Source: Aulosira sp. ZfuVER01 (GTDB taxonomy: Bacteria > Cyanobacteriota > Cyanobacteriia > Cyanobacteriales > Nostocaceae). From it: a DNA stretch of 64,000 nt. Below, one piece after another: positions 29,891 through 38,622 of the stretch. The notes beneath the pieces are model-generated. The model was not told the DNA's origin. It searched no databases and worked only from the letters and a program-made list of their open reading frames with translations. The stretch spans positions 96,001 through 160,000 of the forward strand of contig JAVRCV020000041.1 in the NCBI GenBank assembly GCA_034530615.2, in the 5' to 3' direction. How positions within the stretch are numbered: position 1 is the first letter of the stretch; each line of letters begins with the position of its first letter. Made by a program: the position numbers and the translations under genes.

Positions 29891-31453
29891 TCACCCAGCA
29901 GCTACCAAAGGCTTTGGTGTTTCTTGTTTTCGCCGCACAGCTTGCCCTGTCAGCATTTCCACTACATCCATGCCGTTACCAATGACACCAGGTACGCTGG
30001 GATAGCCAGCACTCGCTCCCACAAAGAAGAGATTAGGTAATTCTGTTTTATATCCTAAGCGCTCCAAACCTACCTGCCTGGGTACTAACTTTGCACCGTA
30101 AATATTACCTTGGGGCTGCCCTAGATAAAATTCACTAGTGGTAGGTGTGCCGTAAAGTTTCATCCGTGCATAATTATCTACATCTGGAATCAAATCTCGC
30201 ACACTGGTCATAATTTGCTGATACACTTCCCGCTTTTTCGCTTTATAAGCTTTGGGGTCGTGTTTGTGCAGGTGTTCAAATGGTTCATAAGGACAGACGG
30301 TAGCAATTTCCAGAATATGATGCCCTTGAGGTCTTATCCCTGGTTCCTGAGACTTCATAGTTGGACAAGAAAGGAAAATCCACGGACGGCTAAAGTCTCC
30401 TGCTAATTGTTGTTGATATTCTCTGTTGAGGTCGCCTGTGGGGTAGTACCAGACATTCCAGTTACCGATACCATAGTGTTCTGGGTCAAAGCGACTATCT
30501 AAACCTAGGTAAATATTAAAAGCACTAGTTGAGTATTCGTAAGTAGTTAAGCGTTGACGTTCATTCAAGCTCAAGGCTTCAGAATCATGCATTAACTCAA
30601 CTGTTAATTTGGGGTCGAGGTCACTGATGTAGGCTTTACTCGCACTGTAGGTTTTACTATTAGCAATAACGCTGTGGATAGTATTTTTAGTCACTTGGAT
30701 ATGCTCAACAGGAGTTGAGTACTTGATTACGCCTCCACCGGAAGTAATTGCTTCAGTAATCGTGTTAACAAAGTGTTTGAAGTGATGTTTTGGATAGTAT
30801 GCGCCTTCTGAATAGTCCCAAACTAGAGAGGTATGGGTGATTAATGCAATTTCATTGGGTGGTAGCGCGTAATCACCACTTTGACCCGCCAGGATCGCTT
30901 GCAGCTTGGGCGACAATCCCACATAGTTATATAAATCTTGTAGAGTCCAATTCCGTTTCCAAAATAGATTCCAATATTTTGGTAACTTCAACCAATCAGA
31001 CCATTTGCGATCGAACCAACGCACTTCTCGCACTAGGCTCCGAATTTCTTGACGGAGTTGCTTAATTTCATCGCAGTAGCGGTTGATGGCTAGTTTTTCT
31101 TCGGGAAAGCTAGATAGCAAAGCTGTACGCAAATTTTCCCATCCCAAGGGAATTTGAAAGTCTGCCTCTGATGTAATCACTCGGTCAATGCAGTCTGGAT
31201 TGAGGCTATTAAAGGCGACATTCCGTTCAATATATTTGAGAAATTGGTCTATGGTTTTACCAGGGCCACATTGGGAAATATAATGCACATCAGCACAAAA
31301 GCTGTATTCACCATAATCAAACGTGTGACAGCAGCCACCAGGTAAGTAATGTTTCTCCAAAACTATTACCCGGTATCCTTGCTTAGTTAAACAGGCTGCG
31401 GCCGAAAGTCCACCTAATCCAGCTCCTAAAATCACATAATCAAAGATTTCCAT
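29891..31453 (-). CDS. Phytoene desaturase / retinol saturase-like FAD oxidoreductase
   Basis: DYVILGAGLGGL..EKHYLPGG, GTPTT..GNIYG, NLFFVGAS. Confidence 0.8.
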   Translation of the reverse strand: MEIFDYVILGAGLGGLSAAACLTKQGYRVIVLEKHYLPGGCCHTFDYGEYSFCADVHYISQCGPGKTIDQFLKYIERNVAFNSLNPDCIDRVITSEADFQIPLGWENLRTALLSSFPEEKLAINRYCDEIKQLRQEIRSLVREVRWFDRKWSDWLKLPKYWNLFWKRNWTLQDLYNYVGLSPKLQAILAGQSGDYALPPNEIALITHTSLVWDYSEGAYYPKHHFKHFVNTITEAITSGGGVIKYSTPVEHIQVTKNTIHSVIANSKTYSASKAYISDLDPKLTVELMHDSEALSLNERQRLTTYEYSTSAFNIYLGLDSRFDPEHYGIGNWNVWYYPTGDLNREYQQQLAGDFSRPWIFLSCPTMKSQEPGIRPQGHHILEIATVCPYEPFEHLHKHDPKAYKAKKREVYQQIMTSVRDLIPDVDNYARMKLYGTPTTSEFYLGQPQGNIYGAKLVPRQVGLERLGYKTELPNLFFVGASAGYPSVPGVIGNGMDVVEMLTGQAVRRKQETPKPLVAAG

Positions 31454-32100
31454 TTCAAACTCCTCTGGTAATCTTGATATCTCTTGATTTCGGCGGTATG
31501 GTTTTTTATTGCCGTTTTTTGAGTGAAAACTTCCTAAAAATCTCAGCAGTTATTCGCCTAGCTTGAATATTTTCAATCTTGAATTAGAGACTAGGTAAAA
31601 CCTAAATGAGCGAGGTCAACATTAGTTATCAAGCAAAATCTCTTCAATCACTCAGATAGCTATATAATGAGCAACCGAGCGTCAATCAATACAAAAGATT
31701 TGTCTTCAAATAATCTCAAACTAATTAAACCAAGCAATTTTGATTCAAACTTAAGCTAGCCGGAGGTAAGATATTTTTTCAAACTCAGGTTTTAAGGCTA
31801 TTTTTGAAAAAATACACTAATCAAGCTATAGCTTGCCTTGTATTCCTTGCAAGGACTATAAATGTTTTGCAGTATGGTATTTATACTAGATGTCTTCAGC
31901 TTATCAAAGACGGCAAGATTTATTTGTTAAGCTTTAAAATTGTTTGTTTTTCTTAACAAAAGTCAGTCAATAAAGATAGAGGGCAGAGGGAAGAAGGCAG
32001 AAAGAATAATATGAGAAGACTAAATAAAAAAGATGATTTTTAATAGCTGAAAATCTAAACAATTACCATGTGTTTGTCAAAAGTTATGCTAATATATAGG

Positions 32101-32320
32101 TGGGATCGTAAAGAACCTCTCAAATAGGAGGACGTGGCGACACCCTTAGCAGAAGTCTTGAGTTAAGAGTCATGCCAAACCAGGATCTTAGGAAGAGACG
32201 ACTATGAGAGGTTTAGGCTAATAAAGCGATACCTGTAAACTCATGTTCGTGATGGAGGAACAGTTGGATCAAATTGTATTGCAAAACTGAGGGGTTTAGT
32301 TGCTATCAACTAGACCCCTT
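32101..32320 (+). ncRNA. Candidate structured non-coding RNA or leader
   Basis: Extended -10 TGcTAATAT (32087-32095); long-range stem AACCTCTC..ATAG / CTATGAGAGGTT; terminal hairpin AGGGGTTTAGTTG/CAACTAGACCCCT. Confidence 0.35.
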
Positions 32321-32359
32321 AGTTTATGGGAACTCCAAAAAAAATTATCCGAATTATAT

Positions 32360-32923
32360 ATGAAAAATAAAAACGATCGCTATTATCTGATAGTAGATTT
32401 GGAAGCTACCTGTTGTGACGAAGGCACAGTTCCCAGGCATGAAATGGAAATCATTGAGATTGGTGCAGTAATGCTGAATCGCACAACATGGGAAATTGAT
32501 TCAGAGTTTCAGCGATTTATCCAGCCTGTGAGACATCCGCAATTAACAAAATTTTGTACAAAATTAACTAGTATTACACAGCAAGATGTTGAGAAAGCAC
32601 CACAATTTATAGATGCAATTTCTCACTTCCAAGAATGGATGAACTCATTTCCTAATCATATTTTTTGTTCTTGGGGAAACTACGATAAAAATCAATTTAT
32701 TCAAGATTGTAAATATCACAATATTCCTTATCCTTTTGGGTCAGAGCATAAAAATATTAAAGAGGAATTCTCAGAATATCTTGGTGTATCCAAAAGATTT
32801 GGTATGGCTCAGGCTCTAGAACATTTAGGTTTGGAGTTGCAAGGCACACACCATCGAGGTATTGATGATGCTCGCAATATCGCGGCTATCTATAGATATA
32901 TGCAGACCCAAGCACGAAGTTAA
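32360..32923 (+). CDS. DEDDh 3'-5' exonuclease (ERI-1/KapD-like)
   Basis: IVDLEATC, EIIEIGAV, SWGNYD, HRGIDDARN. Confidence 0.9.
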   Translation: MKNKNDRYYLIVDLEATCCDEGTVPRHEMEIIEIGAVMLNRTTWEIDSEFQRFIQPVRHPQLTKFCTKLTSITQQDVEKAPQFIDAISHFQEWMNSFPNHIFCSWGNYDKNQFIQDCKYHNIPYPFGSEHKNIKEEFSEYLGVSKRFGMAQALEHLGLELQGTHHRGIDDARNIAAIYRYMQTQARS

Positions 32924-32988
32924 GTTATTGGCGAGAGAAAAAAGGTACACTGCATATTTAGCACAGGCGTGAATTAACCTGTTTTGAT

Positions 32989-34398
32989 ATGCAATTACCT
33001 AATCTTCTCAAAACTTCTGCCATTCTCCAAAAGCTGCATTGGATTGCCGATCCTATTGGATATATGGAAAAAGCAGCGCAACAATATCCGGATATTTTTA
33101 CAACTGTTCTTCTGAGTTCTCAAGACCCTTGGGTATTCGTAAATCATCCCCAAGCTATTCAAGAAATTTTAACAAACGATGCCTCCGGTAGTGGGCGAAG
33201 CGCCGGACGCAAGAAATTTGCTGCTTTAGGTATAAAAAACCAGATTTTGCAACCGTTAATTGGCGACTATTCAGTAGTTATGCTGGATGGCGATCGCCAC
33301 AAGCGGCGACGACAAATGGTAATGCCCTCATTTCATGGCGATCGGATGCGTTCCTATGGTGAGATTATTGGTAACATCACCGAAAAAGTGTTGCTTCAGT
33401 TACCAACAAACCAGCCCTTTACAGCTCGGACGGCGATGCAGGATATTTCCTTACAAGTCATTTTAGAAGCTGTATTTGGCTTGTATGAGGGAGAACGTTG
33501 CCAAAAACTCAAGCATCTGATGGCGTTGATGTCAGATGTATTTCGCTCACCTTTGACTTCTAGCTTCCTATTTTTTCCCTTTCTGCAAAAGGATTTAGGA
33601 GCTTGGAGTCCTTGGGGTAAATTTTTGCGCGATCGCGAGCAAATAGATCAATTGCTTTATGCAGAAATTGCCGAACGACGAGAAAAACCCAATCCCAATA
33701 GTATCGATATCCTCTCCTTACTGATGTCAGCGAGGGATGAAGAAGGCGAGCCGATGTCCGATCGAGAGTTACGGGATGAGTTGATGACTCTGCTATTTGC
33801 TGGACATGAAACTACAGCAACAGCAATGGCTTGGGCATTATATTGGATTCATCACCAGCCGGAAGTCCGCGAAAAATTGCTCCAAGAACTCGATACCTTG
33901 GGAGAAAATCCGGACCCCATGAGTATATTCCGCCTACCTTATCTCACCGCTGTTTGTAATGAAACCTTGCGGATTTACCCAGTTGCAATGTTGACCTTTG
34001 CTAGGGTAGTGCAAGAACCTGTGGAATTACTAGGACATTTGTTAGAGCCTGAGACAACAGTTGTTGGCTGTATGTATCTCGTTCATCAGCGTGAAGATTT
34101 ATATCCAGAACCGAAGCAGTTTAAACCAGAACGCTTTTTAGAACGGCAATTTTCTCCCTACGAATTTATTCCCTTTGGTGGTGGTTCCCGTCGCTGTATT
34201 GGCGAAGCTTTGGCTCAGTTTGAAATGAAGTTAGTAATAGCAAAAATCCTCTCAACTTATCAGCTGGCGCTAGTTGATAATCAACCAGAGCAACCCAAGC
34301 GCCGAGGTGTGACCCTTGCACCTGCCAATGGTGTCAAAATGGTGATTACAGGACAGCGTGCGCGTCAAGAGTCGCAACTGAGTATGGCAAGTACTTGA
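32989..34398 (+). CDS. Cytochrome P450 (CYP110-like)
   Basis: AGHETT I-helix, ETLR, PERF, FGGGSRRCIG heme motif. Confidence 0.95.
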   Translation: MQLPNLLKTSAILQKLHWIADPIGYMEKAAQQYPDIFTTVLLSSQDPWVFVNHPQAIQEILTNDASGSGRSAGRKKFAALGIKNQILQPLIGDYSVVMLDGDRHKRRRQMVMPSFHGDRMRSYGEIIGNITEKVLLQLPTNQPFTARTAMQDISLQVILEAVFGLYEGERCQKLKHLMALMSDVFRSPLTSSFLFFPFLQKDLGAWSPWGKFLRDREQIDQLLYAEIAERREKPNPNSIDILSLLMSARDEEGEPMSDRELRDELMTLLFAGHETTATAMAWALYWIHHQPEVREKLLQELDTLGENPDPMSIFRLPYLTAVCNETLRIYPVAMLTFARVVQEPVELLGHLLEPETTVVGCMYLVHQREDLYPEPKQFKPERFLERQFSPYEFIPFGGGSRRCIGEALAQFEMKLVIAKILSTYQLALVDNQPEQPKRRGVTLAPANGVKMVITGQRARQESQLSMAST

Positions 34399-34497
34399 GG
34401 AGATAGGGGGAAGGAAGCAGGGGTGCAAAGGAACAAGGAGGATAACTCTTTACTATTGCCTTTTAACTGTTGACCCTTGACTTTTGGCTCTGATTAA

Positions 34498-35634
34498 CTA
34501 TCTTGCCATTTGATTTAATTGCGTCCTCAATGTACCTTCTGCGGTATTCACAAAAGTGTCTCTATCTTGAATGATTGCCTGAGGTATGAGCAGAGGAGAA
34601 TTTGTGCTTACCCCAGGCATTTTTTTCACAGCAGTACCGATCGCCATAAATTCAATAATGCCACTGCCCAACTGATAAACGTAAGTTTTGATACCAACTA
34701 CTTGGTCAGCACCGCATTTGCGCGCATCTTCAGCAATGTGGGCGATCGCTTGTTCGCGGGCTTCATAAATTAGGGTAGTTAGTTCTGTAATCTCACCGCG
34801 TACAAAAGATTTGAAGGCTGATGTAATTCCCCCTACCAAGCCAAGAGAATACACTGAAACACCTAATACCAACTGCAACGGCATATAACCCAGATTGATC
34901 AGGTTCCACATTTCTTGATTAGTTAAATCGCTGGCGATCGGACTCTGGCTAAAACCTGGTGCTAGTGCTGGATGATGTGAAGCCGTCCCAATCATTACCA
35001 TCTCTTGCATACCAGCGAACGGCACAATCGAAGTTTTGATTCCTACTACGGCATTGGCTCCCGCAGTCCGGGCTTCAGATTTAATTCGCTTCAGCGCTAA
35101 ATGGCGAGTTTCATTGAATATCTGCGAAAATTCCTTGATTTCTCCCCGCTTTAAACTTTTTAGTGACCCGATTATGCCACCACTTAACCCAGTCGAGTAC
35201 GCAACGTTTCCAAAGACAAACTTTTTAGGTTCAAATCCCGCATCTATTTGGCAGTAAAGTTCCTGTCCATCTGCTGAGGAAGAAAATTTCAATTGCTCAG
35301 ACTTTTCCGCCTCTTGGTGTACGCAGGAGCCGATAGAAAGAAATTCCACATTACCGACTTGTTGTACTAATTCATTTGTAACGCCTGTAATCCCAATACC
35401 ACCGTGCTTCTGTGCTTCAGCTACCATCCTGGCATAAGCTTTTTCCCTTCCTTCATGAATGATGCTGGTAACTTGGGTTACTTCTCCCCCCACAATCGTT
35501 TTCAACCCAGATGCGATTCCCCCAATTAGCCCCAGAGAAAAAACACTATTGCCAATCACCAAATCTCCTGGATGCATACCTTGTTGGTGTAGGCAGAAGA
35601 TTTCATTTCCTGACAGTCCACTAATTGCAGCCAT
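34498..35634 (-). CDS. Triple YbjQ/UPF0145 (putative heavy-metal-binding) domain protein
   Basis: Three repeats of G...SLG..GGI...K....GE........E.R..A...M..EA...G...V.G. Confidence 0.8.
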   Translation of the reverse strand: MAAISGLSGNEIFCLHQQGMHPGDLVIGNSVFSLGLIGGIASGLKTIVGGEVTQVTSIIHEGREKAYARMVAEAQKHGGIGITGVTNELVQQVGNVEFLSIGSCVHQEAEKSEQLKFSSSADGQELYCQIDAGFEPKKFVFGNVAYSTGLSGGIIGSLKSLKRGEIKEFSQIFNETRHLALKRIKSEARTAGANAVVGIKTSIVPFAGMQEMVMIGTASHHPALAPGFSQSPIASDLTNQEMWNLINLGYMPLQLVLGVSVYSLGLVGGITSAFKSFVRGEITELTTLIYEAREQAIAHIAEDARKCGADQVVGIKTYVYQLGSGIIEFMAIGTAVKKMPGVSTNSPLLIPQAIIQDRDTFVNTAEGTLRTQLNQMAR

Positions 35635-35842
35635 ATCTTAATTTTTAGTTATTTTAAATACAGTATCAATTCTAAGTACAAGATATTAGGTATCAGACCA
35701 AATGGGTATTTGATTTTTGACTACCAAGATAGTGGTACTCGAGTTAATTCGAGCTTAAATTATCTAACCTGTCGTAATATTACCGATTACTAAATTAATT
35801 ATTAGCCGTTATATAGATAATATCAGTATTAAAAAACTAGAT

Positions 35843-37453
35843 ATGATTCAAATCAGCCTAAAAAAGCTTCTTGCGAAAGAAACCGTGGCTGCTATTGTTA
35901 AAAGCACTATCAATGTTTTAGATCGACCTACAGCAATTTTGGATAGTTCTGGCAAATTATTGCTGGGAGAAATTAGTGAAAATTCGACATTTTCATATCC
36001 TGTAGAAATAAGAGAAGAATTGATTGGAGCAGTAAATGGTAGTGAAGATGCTGCTTTGCTAGCAGATCTGCTCGTTCATTTAGCAACTCAAGAGATTGAG
36101 AAAAAAGCTCTGGCATCTGAACTTCTAGATAAATATCGAGAAATTAGCCTTCTTTATAACCTTTCTGAAGAATTATCTGGAAGCCTAGATATTCAACACA
36201 TCGCCAAGTTGGTATTTGAAGAAGCGCAAAAACTGATCAAAGTTACAGATACCTCACTAATATTATTAAATAAAGACACAAATAATCTAGACATAGTCTT
36301 CACGTATGGAACACGTTATAAACCACAAGCCAGCATAAAAGCTGAGGAGGGAATTGTTGGTAGCGTTGTGCATACGGGAAGGGCAGAAATCGTGAATGAT
36401 GTATTGTCCGATCCTAGATATATTGAGAGAGAAACCCAAATCAGTTCTTTAATTTGTGCTCCTTTGAAGATTAGAAATGAGGTAATTGGCGCCATCGAAC
36501 TGAGCAGTAAAATATTTGTTGAATATACCTCAGCAGATCTCAAACTACTTACGACCTTAGCCTCACAAGCTGCTGCTGCAATTGAAAATGCGATTCGGCA
36601 TAAAAATCAGATTAAAGAAGCGATCGCTCGCAGCGAGATGCTAAAAGGTCAGCAAATGCAGAAAGACTTTTTACCAGAGCGATTACCAGAAATTCCCGGT
36701 TGGAATTTAGCAGCAGTTTTTGCTCCAGCTCGTCAAGTTGCAGGTGATTTCTATGACGCTTTTTTACTTCCTAATAACCACTTGGGTTTAGTAATTGCTG
36801 ATGTTTGCGATAAAGGTGTGGGTTCGGCACTTTTTATGGCGCTATTCCGTAGTCTAATTCGGATATTTTCTGGTCAAACATATCTCAGTAAAGATTGTCA
36901 TCCTTATCAAGAGACAACAACTAATTTAACTCTAGATTCCCATCAGCATTTAGCTCATAAGCATGAGATTGGCAATCCTTTAAAAACTGTGGAGATGACT
37001 AACAATTATGTGGCTCACAATCATAGTAATTTAAATATGTTCGCCACCCTATTCTTTGGGGTATTAGACATTAATACAGGACTATTAAATTATGTTAATG
37101 GCGGACACGAACCTCTATTAATTATTGACGTAAAAGGAGTGAAACAACATCTGAAACCGACTGGACCAGCAGTTGGTATTATGCCGAACATGCAATTTAA
37201 AATGGAACAGATTTACCTAGAAGCAGGTGATATTTTATTTGGTTATACAGATGGGGTGACAGATGCCCGCAATCCTCAAGGAAAATTTTTCAGTCAAGAT
37301 AGATTGTTATCTATATTAGATAGAGCAGAACTACAATTTACTAACTTACTAGACAAAATTCAAGGCAATTTAATGGCTCATATTGATGAAGCAGATCAAT
37401 TTGATGACATTACAATGCTAGCAATACACAGAGAATATTTAGCTAATGAATGA
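35843..37453 (+). CDS. GAF + SpoIIE/PP2C phosphatase (RsbU-like)
   Basis: GAF domain, then VAGDFYD, IADVCDKGVGSA, GYTDGVTDA, DDITML. Confidence 0.92.
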   Translation: MIQISLKKLLAKETVAAIVKSTINVLDRPTAILDSSGKLLLGEISENSTFSYPVEIREELIGAVNGSEDAALLADLLVHLATQEIEKKALASELLDKYREISLLYNLSEELSGSLDIQHIAKLVFEEAQKLIKVTDTSLILLNKDTNNLDIVFTYGTRYKPQASIKAEEGIVGSVVHTGRAEIVNDVLSDPRYIERETQISSLICAPLKIRNEVIGAIELSSKIFVEYTSADLKLLTTLASQAAAAIENAIRHKNQIKEAIARSEMLKGQQMQKDFLPERLPEIPGWNLAAVFAPARQVAGDFYDAFLLPNNHLGLVIADVCDKGVGSALFMALFRSLIRIFSGQTYLSKDCHPYQETTTNLTLDSHQHLAHKHEIGNPLKTVEMTNNYVAHNHSNLNMFATLFFGVLDINTGLLNYVNGGHEPLLIIDVKGVKQHLKPTGPAVGIMPNMQFKMEQIYLEAGDILFGYTDGVTDARNPQGKFFSQDRLLSILDRAELQFTNLLDKIQGNLMAHIDEADQFDDITMLAIHREYLANE

Positions 37454-38588
37454 TTTGGGCTTGCAAAAAGCATTTCCCTTACTATTATTAATTGCTGCTG
37501 GCTATTGCCTGCAAAACAAGTTTCAAGAAGCGGCTGCTGTTGGGGCTTTAAAAACATTTATTGTAAATGCTGCATTGCCAGGAATGATTTTTTTATCAAT
37601 TCTAGATATTGATACCAAAATTTCTTTATTATATTTAGCATTATTAGCATTATTAATTAATATTTATTTCTTAGCAGTCAGCTTTGGATTAGCGCGTCTG
37701 ATTATCCCTAATAAAGAGCAACGCAAAGCTCGTTCGCTAATTTTGATGTTTCCATCTTTAGGTACTGGATTAACAACTTACCCATTTGTCGAAGAATTTT
37801 TAGGAAAAACAAGCCTAGCAGAAGTAGCAGTAGCAGATATTGGTAACAAAATGTTTGTGCTGATTGGACTTTATGCTTTAGCAATGTATTGGTTTTATCA
37901 AAGAACGGCTGCATCTACAAAACAACCAACTCAATGGCACAAAGTGATGTTGGGTTTATTAAACGAACCGATGAACATGGCGATTCTTTTAGGACTGTTC
38001 TTAGTAATATTTAATCTCAACACAGCTGTTCCTGCAATAGCTTTAGATGCGGTAAAAAAATTAGCAGCTTGTAGTACACCGCTAATTCTATTTTTTGTGG
38101 GTGTTTCCCTGAATATTCAGGGGTTGGAATTAAAAACAATCGGTACTGTTTTGTTGCTGCGATCGTCATTGGGATTTTGGTTTAGTGCAGCAGCGATCGC
38201 ATTTATTCACCCCAGTTCGGGAATTAATTTCTTACTCATCGCCATCTTACCTCAAGCTGGTTTAAGCGTTTGGCCTTTAATTTATGCTTCTCAAATCAAC
38301 ACCCAAGAAATCCAGCAAATGCAAGGCGAAAATCTCCGTCGTCCAACAACTTTTGATACAGAATTTGCCTTGGGGCTATTAGCGATCTCGATTCCCTTTT
38401 CAATCTGCATTATTTTATTTGTTTTATGTCAAGGTAGTTTCTTTACTACTTCACAACATTTATTTTTGCTTGGGAGTTTAGTTTTGCTAGCTGCAGGATT
38501 ATGGCAATTTGGTTGGCAATTTATGAAATCAAAGTTATCAATTTTTAAACATCAAAATCTATTAAAAGCTGACACCAGTGATAGCTAA
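37446..38588 (+). CDS. AEC (auxin efflux carrier)-like permease
   Basis: About 10-11 TM helices with two-fold repeat (ALPGMIF; TPLILFFVG); overlaps the upstream stop by 8 nt. Confidence 0.7.
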   Translation: MNDLGLQKAFPLLLLIAAGYCLQNKFQEAAAVGALKTFIVNAALPGMIFLSILDIDTKISLLYLALLALLINIYFLAVSFGLARLIIPNKEQRKARSLILMFPSLGTGLTTYPFVEEFLGKTSLAEVAVADIGNKMFVLIGLYALAMYWFYQRTAASTKQPTQWHKVMLGLLNEPMNMAILLGLFLVIFNLNTAVPAIALDAVKKLAACSTPLILFFVGVSLNIQGLELKTIGTVLLLRSSLGFWFSAAAIAFIHPSSGINFLLIAILPQAGLSVWPLIYASQINTQEIQQMQGENLRRPTTFDTEFALGLLAISIPFSICIILFVLCQGSFFTTSQHLFLLGSLVLLAAGLWQFGWQFMKSKLSIFKHQNLLKADTSDS

Positions 38589-38622
38589 TTTTTAATTTTT
38601 AATTAAAAAGGGTAGTAAGATT

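Noticed and set aside
33184..33198. SGSGR in the P450 insertion resembling the PatS/PatX RGSGR motif
   Set aside because: Lacks the first Arg, is buried in an enzyme and is explained by a repeat insertion; treated as coincidence
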